DNA of 63,635 nucleotides, filler included, from Octopus bimaculoides (Eukaryota), in NCBI RefSeq assembly GCF_001194135.2. It is 4 parts of 4 records of this genome, joined end to end, with 100 filler letters (N's around TTAATTAATTAA, not from the genome) between each part and the next. Parts side by side here need not be neighbours in the genome. Positions count along the whole stretch, not along the records: positions 18,291 to 29,095 come from NC_068990.1; positions 29,196 to 37,909 come from NC_068985.1; 2 more parts are not named here. One strand, 5' to 3'. This document shows positions 24,969-38,009 of the stretch, piece by piece (position 1 is the first letter of the stretch; every line of letters begins with the position of its first letter). The position numbers were made by a program, and so were the translations under genes. The notes beneath the pieces were generated by a model. That model made no database searches. It was not told the DNA's origin and worked only from the letters and a program-made list of their open reading frames with translations.

Positions 24969-25481
24969 AAAGTAAGCACAGACAAACGGAAAACACTCAC
25001 ACAGAATGTCGCCAAATAGTTATCAGTTATCGTCCAAAGGATCTCCACGATTTAGCGCCTTTAGCGATAATATTGGTCCCCTTTGGTGGCGCCAGCGACG
25101 ACAAGCCGCCGGGAAATAGCGAGCCAACGAACAAAGGACCAAACACGAAAGAAAGTGTACATACAAACATGAAATAAATATACATTATACAATATACAAA
25201 CGAAATAATATTCAAGACGAGACGAATAGTGGACGGACATGGCACAAACGCAAAAACAAACTGGACGGAATGTGGACATACGAACAAAATGAAATGAATA
25301 AACGGAAATACCGTTTATTACGACTCAGACATTAGACGAAAATAATGGTAACGCCAGGAAGAGTATCCCAAAGGATAAAACAGAAACGAGAGAAATAGAA
25401 TATACAGAAATATTAATATTTCCAAATCTCTCTAAAGGAGACTATGGCAGCGGTACTGGATATTAATAGTTATCGCCAAGC

Positions 25482-25590
25482 TAACATGGCAGTCCAGGAA
25501 AATAGGACGAAGGCTGCCGTTGATTAGCTCCAAGAGGCCATCGCCTCTAGCTAGCTAACGGCAGCATTCGTCCTATTTTCCATAGTTGGC
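25482..25590. repeat. Diverged relative of the 8929-9153 palindrome
   Basis: Shares aacatggcagtcc...ggacgaa and its inverted copy cattcgtccta; the right arm is partly deleted. Confidence 0.7.
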
Positions 25591-26096
25591 GCTTACAAAA
25601 AACAAAAGATGAACACAGGTGTATAAACAAACAAACAGGTGTATTAGTTTGACGCTCGGGAAGGTGAGAAAGTCTTTTACGTTTCGAGCCTACGTTTTAG
25701 TAGGTAGCGGTCATATAGGTATGTATATATATACATATANNNNNNNNNNNNNNNNNNNNNNNNNNNNNNNNNNNNNNNNNNNNNNNNNNNNNNNNNNNNN
25801 NNNNNNNNNNNNNNNNNNNNNNNNNNNNNNNNNNNNNNNNNNNNNNNNNNNNNNNNNNNNNNNNNNNNNNNNNNNNNNNNNNNNNNNNNNNNNNNNNNNN
25901 NNNNNNNNNNNNNNNNNNNNNNNNNNNNNNNNNNNNNNNNNNNNNNNNNNNNNCTTTAATAAGATTTTTATTCTTTTTTTCTTCAGCCTGTTTTGATTTG
26001 GCCAAGCTCTTAATGTTCGGAGTTAAATTAGTTTCTGAGAGCAGCAGACAATTCTTCGAATTTAAATCAGTCAGTCATGACCGCGTTCTGTTTATC

Positions 26097-26172
<76 letters not shown>

Positions 26173-27617
26173 TTTATCAGCTTCATGGATTAAAATGTTT
26201 ATTCACCTCTGTAAGCCGTTTCCAAAACGACAGATGTAAGAATTTTTTATCGACAGAAATTATCATGTCAACAGCATCTGGAACTCAAGGAAATGCATCA
26301 GATTCGTTTTGAAGAATATATTAGATTGTCATAGAAATCCGTTCGTTTTTTGTCTTTTGTTTCTTTTTTTTTCTCCTGCTTGGTGCTCCATCGTCATATC
26401 CCTGAAAATAAGTAAAATTTATTCAAATTCAATATCCAAAAGTTGTAGATGAAGAACAGAGCATAAAAGAAGATACGTTTCGTGTTAAATCAAATAACAG
26501 CGGAAAAGGTTAAAATATGAAATGGATAAAAGAAAATAAACGAATTTACCTGTCAACTCAATATTTGTTTTCAAGCCAGCAAAGTTTCATTCAAATATTA
26601 CTAGGTCTTTTCATGGTATATCGATTACTAAGTAAAAATGGGGTTTTATAAATGCGAGTATGTAGACTTAAATCGCGATAACCACTTTGAAATGACTTAA
26701 ATAGTTATTTGGAACAGAAAAGAAGAAAAAAATCACATTACAGTCAGAGTGGCCAACTGCCCCGCAGATATGAACATCTCTGCCAAAAATCAGTGTGTAG
26801 AAGAATATTTTTGGACAGCTACTTGGAAACCTTATACTTTCCTATTCAGATTTTAAATATACATTTATATCAATAATTAATGGTACACTTACCTATTTGT
26901 AAATGCTTAAGTGACAGTCTGAGAAAGCTATGATTTTCAAGCGAAGGAAGAGACCAGCTCGCACGCGCTTTTTATTATTAGTTATTGATATTTCCATCAG
27001 AGTAAGTGTATATATCCCAGTTGTTAGTCCAGGATGAACGACTGTGGTTATTAATGTTGTTATTATTTTGATGCTTTCTGACAATGTTACCATACAGAGA
27101 ATTTTTGCTCCTCTTCTGGTGACCTGTTTCAATGGAGTTGTGCAACATTTCTGGGTGCCTATTCTTGGTCACCAATCGAGGAATGCATTCTGAGAAGCTC
27201 CTTTCCAACTCGCATATTGTTATGGGTTTTTGATGTATGCAGACTTGATCCGTGGCTGGATTTCGACATTTGATGGCTTGCAGATCTTGTCAAGGGGATA
27301 CGATGCGCCATTCAAAGGTTACTGGATCGATGTTAAGCCTCAATCGCTTTGTTTTCGTCTTAATTAGGGGTAGTCTACATCATTGCTGATGTGGAAATTC
27401 GTGATATGTGTTAACAATTTTGGGGTTCTAACGTCAATATCGAAAATCCCTTTTAGAATCCATTCTAGAATTTATTGAATGTGAAAAATTCCGAGGTCCA
27501 TCTTTTCTTTATCCTGGTTTTATATTCTCTGGTTAAACGTTCCTTGATACAGATTCCATCAACATCATTTACATTATTTACATTTGACGGATATTTGTCC
27601 TCATCTTGTTTGTTGTT

Positions 27618-27663
27618 AACACAACGTTTCGGCTGATATACCTTCCAGCCTTCATCAGGTGTC
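27618..27663 (-). ncRNA. Minimal type I hammerhead ribozyme, inverted second copy, intact core
   Basis: Reverse complement reads gacac-CTGATGA-a-ggctg(gaaggtatat)cagcc-GAAA-cg-TT-gtgtt; one loop difference from the plus copy. Confidence 0.8.
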
Positions 27664-27693
27664 TTGGGGAAATTTCGAACCTGATTTCCGCAA

Positions 27694-27739
27694 GACACCT
27701 GATGAAGGCTGGAGGGTATATCAGCCGAAACGTTGTGTT
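27694..27739 (+). ncRNA. Minimal type I hammerhead ribozyme (Penelope-type), intact core
   Basis: gacac-CTGATGA-a-ggctg(gagggtatat)cagcc-GAAA-cg-T-T-gtgtt. Stem I gacac/gtgtt, 5-bp stem II, conserved core, palindromic AACGTT stem III, predicted cleavage after 27734. One extra A between A9 and G10.1. Confidence 0.8.
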
Positions 27740-29030
27740 AACAACAAACAAGATGAGGACAAATATCCGTCAAATGTAAATAATATACATAATTCCTCAT
27801 CTCTTAAATATAGAATTGTAGATTCCATCAAAGTAAATATTTTCATCCATCCTTAAGAACCTTTAGCATTCCTCATCCAACATCATAGAAAACCTGAGAC
27901 CATTCTTAGCTGTAGGAGGAACTAATTGTTCTACAATCATTTAAGAATATCTATCCTGGCCAAATTCCATCTCCGTATCTTTTGGAATGTTATAACTAGA
28001 TTAAAGCTTTTCTTTATGCTGTTCATAGTCTTGGCATATATTTTCAAATCACCCACAAACAAGCAATGCGTTAAATTGGTGCTCTTGTCTATTTGTGAAA
28101 CAATTGCCCATAAAATTTCCTTAATAAAAAAGAAAGACGGTTTATAGAAAATACAAATAACAATGTTTTCTATACATCGTTGACGACAAATTTTGCCTGA
28201 GCAAGTTGCTGGCTGTGTGTACTCTCTATTGACTACGCGCAGAGAGGTAGAAATGCATTTGGTATTCTCACTAGCGAATGCTTAGAAGATTTTCGTCTCT
28301 CCCGATTTATATATGGTGCTTTTAAATACAGCACGTTCATAAAAGATGTCTCCGAACGAATACCGCGGTAAATTTGCCTTGCGCGGTGTGGTTGTTTTAA
28401 TCTAAAACTGCTAGTGTTACATTATAATGGATAAGCAGTATCATAGAAATACGGTCTCCTTTGAAATATATCTCAGCGGTTATAATAACCACTTTCCGCA
28501 TCTAACTTCAGAATAGTGGACCAAGACGAAACCAGGCTGTTTACAGCATTGATAATGGTATCTGGAAGTTAGCAAGTCCAAACGTCCCAAGCATCCTCGA
28601 ATGTTGAACAGAATAATTCTTACCCGTAATCCATCCTGACTGCCAACAAGTTCCGCCTATACCACCCCGATGCTTTTCATATCACGGGTTACTTAACAGT
28701 TCTTCGTCCTATCAACAAATTCCATTATTATTCCCATATACATATGTATAAATGTATATATGTGTGCCTTATATATATAAATATATATATATATATATAA
28801 TCATATTTCATATATTATATACCATATCTATATATATCATATATATATATATATTTATTTATATACATACTTGTATTTTTGTGTATGTATGCAAGTTTGT
28901 ATACATGATGTATGTTCGTATGTATGTAAGTGTGTGCGTGTCTTCGTGCATGTAAAAGTGCTCAAAGCACACTTCAGTTACAAGAGATTAGCGTCTAAAA
29001 CATGTTTGACAATCACCCCCACACACACGT

Positions 29031-29095
<65 letters not shown>

Positions 29096-29195
29096 NNNNN
29101 NNNNNNNNNNNNNNNNNNNNNNNNNNNNNNNNNNNNNNNTTAATTAATTAANNNNNNNNNNNNNNNNNNNNNNNNNNNNNNNNNNNNNNNNNNNN

Positions 29196-29229
<34 letters not shown>

Positions 29230-30199
29230 TACATACATACACAAACGCGCACGCACACATACATATATATGAATGTATATGCATGTATGCATGTATGTAT
29301 GTGTGTGTGTGTATGTATGTATGTATGTATGTATGTATATATGTATGTATGTGTGCATGTGTGTTTCTATCATCAACACGAACGCAACCACTACCAGCAA
29401 CGGTATTATATAGTACGAAGTAGATAAGCAAATTAATTTCAAATAAAAACATAAAATGTGGTATCCTACTGTATTTTAAAAGTTCGAATCAAAAGTCTTT
29501 GATCTTTCAGGTCTGCGAGGATTGACTTGAGACTAAACAGCCACAATGCATTAGCTAAAGTAATATAACCAGCTTACCACCACCAATACCCGAGTATCGT
29601 CAGTAACATCTAAGTCAATACAACCCCCATCATCAACACTATCAATCCTCCAGGTTTTGAATGCAACCGGCTATAACAATTACCAGCGTATATGCCAACA
29701 CATGCATGTGCATGAGCGTGTGTATGAGTGTGTGTATGAGTGTGTGTGTGTGTGTCTGAGAGAGTGCATGTGTATATGTATTTATGCCTTAAGTCAGAAG
29801 TGCAGGGGTCGAGTTGCCTATAAAATCTGCTGACCCTTCAGCTACATACTGCGTCCGCCAAAAGATTGTATGTACGCTTCAGGAAAGGAAAAACCTGTAT
29901 AAATATTTAACTTGTAATAAGTACCTCTATAAATATAGATACCTCCTTCGATATTTTATCAAATTGTGATAACATTGAATAAATTGCAATAACACTGAAT
30001 TAAGATATTTATACAGATTTTTCATTCCCTGAAGTGTGTATACATTCTTTTGGCGTACTCTGTAGTACATTTTCTTCCCCAGTTTTCTTTTTCATCTCAT
30101 TTTCCACTTTCACAAATCAGATCTTGGGTCAACTTACTTTAATACGTAATTGTTAAGCATAATCTATCGTCACTGCTGTTGGATCTTCCTTCAATTCAA

Positions 30200-31780
30200 G
30201 ATGTCTGAAAATAAGTTATAACGTAGACCTGAAGGCAGTAGTGCGAAAAGGAACCGTAGGGAGATTACACAGGATATCAAAGTTGATATTTTAAAGCACT
30301 TGATGCGGAAGTAAAACTTATATTGACAAAACATTAAATTTTGCTACGTCAACTGTGGGAACAATATAAGGGAGAGAAAATTATGCCAAGTGCTCAAGGA
30401 GCTACTCTGTTAACTTACTGGGCTTTATTTTTCTATATATGCAATTTTTATGGTTAAAATGGAACGGCTCTTGAGTATATGGATCGAGGATTAGAATCAG
30501 TGTAATGTGCCGAGAAACAATGATGGCAAGTCAAAAAGGACCAAAAGTTTATATAACAATTTTCAGCAAAGAGAAGATGAAAAACCGATTTTGGTCAGTA
30601 AAGGTTGATTATTGAACGGTCTAAGAAGCATATGAATTTGCACGTTTAAATAACTGGTGAGACCGCGAGCGCTGATACAGAGACTGCATCTAATTATTCT
30701 GGGAAGTTGAAGAAAATGATTGCTGAAGGTGGACTACACACCAGAACAGGTATACACCGTTCAGGAAGCGCATATCTGTTAGAACTTTTAATTCTCAAGA
30801 ACAAAAATCAACATCAGGATTTAAAGCTTCCAAAAATCGTCTGACTCTTCATTTGGGAGAAAATGCCGCTCGAGATACGAAATTTTAAAGCCCTTAGACG
30901 TGTATCACTCCAAAAATCTAAGGCTTTTCAAGGGTTACACAAAGTTTAATATACATCTGATTTGGCATTCAAAGTGTGGTTTACAAGCGTTTTTGACCTG
31001 TGGTAGAAAGGTACAGTGCCAGACAATGCATCGCGACATCCAGCGAACTTAGTTGACTTTTCTGATGTGAAAGTAGAATTCATCCCCAATAATGCGAGTT
31101 CTTTACTCCAGTCAATGAATCAAGCTGTGATAGGTAACTTCAATGCATATTATATGAGAACTTTCAAACAATTTATGAAAGCAAATGTAAGGGAGAGTAA
31201 ACCTACAGTTAAATTTCTGGAAGAAATTCAACATAATGGATGCTGTAGATAATATAGCTGAGTCATAGGATGAAGTGAAAACCCCAGCTTTGAATAATGC
31301 GTGGTCAGACTGCATCTGTGACATAACAATTTTTCCTCAAGCAGAAAGTCTACATCAAATTCGAAAAGATATCGTGACACTTGCAAAGGATGTAAGTTTT
31401 GAAGAAGTCATAGAGGATAATTTGCTTAAGTTGCTAGTGTCCTAGAGAGGAATTTTATCTAATAAGGAGCTGATGTTGTTTGAAAAAGAACAAGCTGGGA
31501 ATACAGATGAGACAACAGAAGTTCCAACTAACACCTCTTAAATTGGAAAATCATTGCTAAAGGTTTGAGACTTATAGAGGAAGGTCTCCAGGTTTTTATT
31601 GATAATGATCATAATCGAAACATAAACATTATTAGAGGAGTTTACAAGGGCCCCATTTCCTACACAGATCTGTACGGAAAGGTGATGCGTCATAAACAAT
31701 AAACGACTTTGTACAAGTTTTTCACCTATCAAGCTGGTGTTCGTGATAATGAACTATAAGATAGCAAATATTGTCTCTAA
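30200..31780 (+). mobile_element. Tigger/pogo transposase pseudogene
   Basis: KRNRREITQDIKVDILK (HTH), MERLLSIWIED (CENP-B-type HTH), GFKASKNRLTL, and DNASRHP...VEFIPNNASSLLQSMNQAVIGNFNAYY (DDE_1). Frameshifts; no TIRs identified. Confidence 0.9.
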
Positions 31781-32621
31781 TCCTCCTAGTAACGCTCATT
31801 CCACCACCACTCCCCACAGAGTAGTCAACATCTTTTGCGGTAAGAAAATACTCTTACAATGATATGAATTTTATTAATTCCCTGATGTATTCCTCTTGAA
31901 ATNNNNNNNNNNNNNNNNNNNNNNNNNNNNNNNNNNNNNNNNNNNNNNNNNNNNNNNNNNNNNNNNNNNNNNNNNNNNNNNNNNNNNNNNNNNNNNNNNN
32001 NNNNNNNNNNNNNNNNNNNNNNNNNNNNNNNNNNNNNNNNNNNNNNNNNNNNNNNNNNNNNNNNNNNNNNNNNNNNNNNNNNNNNNNNNNNNNNNNNNNN
32101 NNNNNNNNNNNNNNNNNNNNNNNNNNNNNNNNNNNNNNNNNNNNNNNNNNNNNNNNNNNNNNNNNNNNNNNNNNNNNNNNNNNNNNNNNNNNNNNNNNNN
32201 NNNNNNNNNNNNNNNNNNNNNNNNNNNNNNNNNNNNNNNNNNNNNNNNNNNNNNNNNNNNNNNNNNNNNNNNNNNNNNNNNNNNNNNNNNNNNNNNNNNN
32301 NNNNNNNNNNNNNNNNNNNNNNNNNNNNNNNNNNNNNNNNNNNNNNNNNNNNNNNNNNNNNNNNNNNNNNNNNNNNNNNNNNNNNNNNNNNNNNNNNNNN
32401 NNNNNNNNNNNNNNNNNNNNNNNNNNNNNNNNNNNNNNNNNNNNNNNNNNNNNNNNNNNNNNNNNNNNNNNNNNNNNNNNNNNNNNNNNNNNNNNNNNNN
32501 NNNNNNNNNNNNNNNNNNNNNNNNNNNNNNNNNNNNNNNNNNNNNNNNNNNNNNNNNNNNNNNNNNNNNNNNNNNNNNNNNNNNNNNNNNNNNNNNNNNN
32601 NNNNNNNNNNNNNNNNNNNNN

Positions 32622-32652
<31 letters not shown>

Positions 32653-32869
32653 AACACTGTGTTTGTCCCAGACAACACTTGACAACGGGTTCTGTTTAGT
32701 TTACTTTCTCATAACATAGTAATCCAACAAAAGAGAGCAATAGAGACCAAAATATAAATAAGTATTGAATATGATTTGTTCGACTAAACCCTTCAATGCA
32801 TTGCCCCAGCATGGCCGCAGTCAGATGACTAAAACTAGTAGGTAGAAGATAACAGGGACACAATCCAAA

Positions 32870-33460
32870 GTAAATTTTCGTTCTCCGTCGGTATATAAAT
32901 TAAGAAACCGAAGACATATTTAGAATGAGGTGTAAATAATGCGACTGAAGTTCCTCTGAAAGCCAAACTGTGTTCTTGCTAAATGCAGATTGATGCTCAT
33001 TAAATGTTCCGACTCTTTACACCAATGCTTTCGTTCTGATGCCATTACGTTACAGCATCTCCTTAATGGCTTTATTAACCTGCAGTTGCAGTAGTCTCAG
33101 ACAACTTCTTAAGTAATTCCAGATGATCTACTGAATTTTCAAGTGATTGCCAATATTCATGAGTACGCTTCCAATCATTAATTCCAGATTTTTCTAAATA
33201 TGACTTATTTCAGAAGTCAAAAAGTTGGCATCAAAAGCCATAAATTTAATTGAAGCTCTCAAGAATAAACAAGCCACCTTCTTAGAAAATGTTCACCGTT
33301 GTTAATTTTCCTATACATGATTGTCACAGGAGAAACTACTTTGATTTGAATCTTTTGGAGAACTGCATTGCATATTTATAGGAAACAACTTGCTCATAAT
33401 AATGTGAACAGTTTCCAGCATTGACAATAATTCAACCAGCCAGTTCGATAGGTTACACAA
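32870..33460 (-). mobile_element. hAT transposase remnant (TTF-type zinc finger region)
   Basis: RRWLVYS, GINDWK, ERKHW; many stops. Confidence 0.65.
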
Positions 33461-34642
33461 ATGCTCACTTCATTTTGGAGAATCTATGAAATTTGATATC
33501 GCAAGTTTGTATATAAATATATATATATATATANNNNNNNNNNNNNNNNNNNNNNNNNNNNNNNNNNNNNNNNNNNNNNNNNNNNNNNNNNNNNNNNNNN
33601 NNNNNNNNNNNNNNNNNNNNNNNNNNNNNNNNNNNNNNNNNNNNNNNNNNNNNNNNNNNNNNNNNNNNNNNNNNNNNNNNNNNNNNNNNNNNNNNNNNNN
33701 NNNNNNNNNNNNNNNNNNNNNNNNNNNNNNNNNNNNNNNNNNNNNNNNNNNCACACACACGCATATATATATATATGTATATATATACATATATATATAT
33801 ATATTACATCATAATTTTTAAAAAACTACCATTCGTTAAGTTATACAAATTTCCCATTTGATATTTCTGAGGAGCAGAAGAATTATTTATTAATGCTTAT
33901 CAATACAGGATTCCATTATTCTACATTATCTAAGTCTATGAACTATATTTGGAATAGAGGGCAGTATAATGGATTTTACACATGACTATTATGGATTATT
34001 ACAGAAGACTTACCAAGGAAGCATATATGGATTTAAAGACTCTCACACTAAGGTGTACTTACCAAAATCAAAAGCAGTAAGTTTTAATTTTTAATTTATA
34101 TTTCAATCAAACACCATTTCCCCATATTACTTCATATTTAAAAAAAAATAAAAAACTACCGTTCGATAAATTATACAAATTTCAAATTTTATATCTCTGA
34201 AGAGCAGAAGAGTTGTCTGTAAATGCTTATCAATATAGGATTCCCTTATAGGGCCAGCAATTCTGCGAAACGATCGTATGATGCTTTAAAATCTTAATTC
34301 GAAACTTTTAAACTGTTATATTTATTATTATATATTTATACTTATACATATTTACATATATTTATATATATTTATATTTAATACTACAATTATTTTACAC
34401 ACGTATATATCTTTCTGAAGAATTCTCTAATATTGATTTCCTGATAGTAATAATAATATATTATAAAATATATATATATACGATGGTCTTCTTTCAGTTT
34501 CCGTCTATTAAATTCACTCACAAGGCTTTGGTTGACTCGAGACTACAGTAGAATACTGAACCCAGAAGCATGTGTGTGTGTCGGGGGTTTGCTTGTGTGT
34601 GTGTGTGCGCGCGGGTATGTGTGTGCATGCGTGTGCGTGAGC

Positions 34643-34674
<32 letters not shown>

Positions 34675-34677
34675 TAA

Positions 34678-34889
34678 TGATTTCAAATTTAGGCACAAGG
34701 CCAGTAATTTCGGGTAAAGGGGTCAAGTCGATTACATCGACCCCAGTGTTCAACCGGTAATAATTTTATCGGCTCCGAATGGGTAGAAGGTGAAGTCGAC
34801 CTCGGAGGCATTTGAGCTCAGAACGTAAAGACGCTCGAAATGCCGCTAATCATTTTGCTTGGCATGCTAACGATTCGGCTATCTCACCG
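34678..34889 (-). mobile_element. SINE family A
   Basis: Full-length family pattern. Confidence 0.9.
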
Positions 34890-35386
34890 ACGTGAATATA
34901 AAGTAAATGATAAGACAACTAAATACTGTAGCACATCTAAATACTTTAACTGAATGCTTTAACTTTAATGATCAGTTACAATTGTTTCTGTCCGAACCCT
35001 GATTGTAACACCAGTTTACACAAGAATTCCAAGTGAAAATTTACGTAGCGTTTGCGGTTTTAGATATTACAGAGCCACTTCATCAGACTTGCATCAAAGG
35101 TACGCTCTTACAATGCGCACTTTTCAGACATTGCTTTTTGGGGTTTATATCGGGAGGAAACAAAAAAGAAAACAAATAAAGTAAATGACAGCATGATAAG
35201 GGCATGAATGATTAGTATAAAGAACATGCGAGACGTAAAGGATAAAGGGGAGGAGGAGGAAGAAGAAGAAGAAGAAGAAGAAGAGCATAGTGAAGATATA
35301 GAAGAAATAAGAAAGAAAGAGGAAAATGAAATAGAATCCTAATCGAAAGATAGGGGTTAATGGGTAGAATGATAAATAGTAGTAAG

Positions 35387-35516
35387 TTCTTCTTCTTCTT
35401 CTTCTTCTTCTTCTTCTTCTTCTTCTTCTTCTTCTTCTTCTTCTTCTTCTTCTTCTTCTTCTTCTTCTTCTTCTTCTTCTTCTTCTTCTTCTTCTTCTTC
35501 TTCTTCTTCTTCTTCT
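35387..35516. repeat. (TTC)n microsatellite
   Basis: Direct reading; similar AAG tracts at about 39335-39427 and 45260-45388. Confidence 0.97.
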
Positions 35517-36096
35517 ATCTTGAGCATAATGCTTAGAGTTCGCATCTCGCCCCTTCTGACTATAAATCTTTTTGAACTGCTCAAACACCCAGCGAACATG
35601 TCGATTTGCAATGGACAAAAAGTGTAGAAAGCAGTCATTGATGTCTGCTCGACCAGCTGAAAAACTTCGTCCGCGAAGGCATAAGCAAGCTTATGGACTG
35701 CTAGAGAAACTGCACCGTAGAGCAAGAAGACTCTCAAAAAAAAAAAAAAAGATGTAATTGCTGCTTTTGCTCTTACAAATTACAGAGACAAGAGAGGGTA
35801 TAACTTTGTACTTAATCTTGTATAGTATACCTGTGTGTGCGTGCGTGTGTGTGTATGTGTGTGTGTGTAACATAATCATCTAGACTATCAATCTTGTTAT
35901 GCATCACTGGTCACAATGCGCTTTGCATCGTTTTAGCATTCTAATGGCGAGTTAGCCGACCTTCACCTTCACTAGAAGGCTAGTCCGTTGCATGGTGAGC
36001 CGTTTACAGCTGAGTGGACTGAAGCAGCGTGCCACTCGGGCCGGATATTGGATCCACGCTCTGAGTGCAGCATATGAGTGCAACACGTGAGCGCAA

Positions 36097-36255
36097 TAGC
36101 GTGGCCGTGTGGTTAGACGCTTGCTTCCTAACAACAGGGTTCCGAGTTCAGTCCACAGTCTGGCACCTTGGGCAAGTGTCTTCTACCATAACCTCGGGTC
36201 GACCAATACATTATGAATGGATTTGGTAGATGGAACCGAAAGAAGCCCGTCGTAT
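36097..36255 (+). mobile_element. SINE family B, 5' half
   Basis: gcgtggccgtgtggttagacgcttgcttcc...gagttcagtcc...gaagcccgtcgtatg, then a gap. Confidence 0.88.
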
Positions 36256-36289
36256 GTATGTATGTATGTATGTATGTATGTATTATGTG

Positions 36290-36335
<46 letters not shown>

Positions 36336-37170
36336 NNNNNNNNNNNNNNNNNNNNNNNNNNNNNNNNNNNNNNNNNNNNNNNNNNNNNNNNNNNNNNNNN
36401 NNNNNNNNNNNNNNNNNNNNNNNNNNNNNNNNNNNNNNNNNNNNNNNNNNNNNNNNNNNNNNNNNNNNNNNNNNNNNNNNNNNNNNNNNNNNNNNNNNNN
36501 NNNNNNNNNNNNNNNNNNNNNNNNNNNNNNNNNNNNNNNNNNNNNNNNNNNNNNNNNNNNNNNNNNNNNNNNNNNNNNNNNNNNNNNNNNNNNNNNNNNN
36601 NNNNNNNNNNNNNNNNNNNNNNNNNNNNNNNNNNNNNNNNNNNNNNNNNNNNNNNNNNNNNNNNNNNNNNNNNNNNNNNNNNNNNNNNNNNNNNNNNNNN
36701 NNNNNNNNNNNNNNNNNNNNNNNNNNNNNNNNNNNNNNNNNNNNNNNNNNNNNNNNNNNNNNNNNNNNNNNNNNNNNNNNNNNNNNNNNNNNNNNNNNNN
36801 NNNNNNNNNNNNNNNNNNNNNNNNNNNNNNNNNNNNNNNNNNNNNNNNNNNNNNNNNNNNNNNNNNNNNNNNNNNNNNNNNNNNNNNNNNNNNNNNNNNN
36901 NNNNNNNNNNNNNNNNNNNNNNNNNNNNNNNNNNNNNNNNNNNNNNNNNNNNNNNNNNNNNNNNNNNNNNNNNNNNNNNTATATATATATATATATTTAT
37001 ATATATATTGTTATATTTCAGGATGATCATATTTTTTACCAAATAAGCATACGCACTATATATTCGTTCTCCACTCGTTTATTACTGTTCTTATTCTAAC
37101 TCATGTTTATTATCTGGAAATCTTTCGACACACATCTGTGACCTCTTCAACGACACTTCCGTCTTCATGT

Positions 37171-37308
37171 GTCGGTAGGAACAAGGTTTGGAGAATAAGG
37201 TGAGTGGAGAAGAACTTCGTAGCCAAGTTCCCTCAACATCTGGAGTGTCATTAGGGAAATGTGTGGTCGGGCATTGTGATGAAGAATAATTGGCCCTCTT
37301 CTGTTGTC
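37171..37308 (-). mobile_element. mariner transposase fragment
   Basis: NRRGPIILHHNARPHISLMTLQMLRELGYEVLLHSPYSPNLVPTD, matching the HDNARPH and YSPDL motifs. Confidence 0.9.
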
Positions 37309-38009
37309 CAGTCTTTAACGGAGGAGTATGTATTTGTGTATGTACGTACGTACGTATGTATGTGTGTATGAATTTATGTATGTATGTCAGTTCACATGAG
37401 TGCTACTAGTGACATGGAATCTAATACTGCTCGGGTCATTTGCGACTAACCGGCACCCAACTAGGATTGCCTGGTTATGGGAAACACTGCTGAACTAAAA
37501 ACAAAAGCTGTCAAAAGGACGGGTTAATCTAGTGTAAGTTGAACGACTTTTTAGCAATAGCACAGGCCCTAAGAAATTCCGAGCTGAGGTCTGGGGTGTG
37601 TACTAGCTTTTGTTAAAACATATATAGAGAAGCTCATTCTGATATAAAACCAGTTATGCAGGAAAAGCCGTTGAACTATTTTGCTTTCGATTGAGATCAT
37701 AACGCACCCACATACTTGAATGTGTGACCCATAATTGGCGAAGTGTGTTTTGATTCTGGATCATGCCAATAGGGACAAGGGGTTTTGTGAGGTGTTGTTC
37801 AGGCCATATTAGACGTAAAATTTTAAGTTGCGCAATCACCCGCGTTGAAAGGAACTATTGAAGAAACATAAGTAAATACAATATCGTCAGTGTTTATATA
37901 TATATATATNNNNNNNNNNNNNNNNNNNNNNNNNNNNNNNNNNNNNNNNNNNNTTAATTAATTAANNNNNNNNNNNNNNNNNNNNNNNNNNNNNNNNNNN
38001 NNNNNNNNN

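Larger units (their letters stand above)
27563..27820 (+). mobile_element. Palindromic non-autonomous Penelope-like element carrying two hammerheads
   Basis: 101-bp inverted arms (27573-27673 and 27684-27784, 2 mismatches), a 36-nt one-sided extension, and TSD GATTCCATCAA (27552-27562 and 27821-27831). Confidence 0.85.
26960..28720 (-). mobile_element. R4/Dong-like non-LTR retrotransposon RT pseudogene, interrupted by the hammerhead element
   Basis: THCLFVGDLKIYAK (RT xxDD-like motif), DTEMEFG, and FLRMDENIYFDGI|CIKERLTREYKTRIKK, which rejoins when the insert and one TSD copy are removed. Many stops. Confidence 0.75.

Noticed and set aside
26207-26402. Minus-strand exon-like segment with a good acceptor and donor
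   Set aside because: Stops in all three frames. It could be a UTR or lncRNA exon, but nothing else supports it.
27465-27856. Repeated short ORFs PDEGWRVYQPKRCVNNKQ... (also at 15295-15661 and 54362-54655) as a peptide family
   Set aside because: They are translations of the hammerhead repeat on both strands; conservation follows the RNA structure and the frames are broken between copies.
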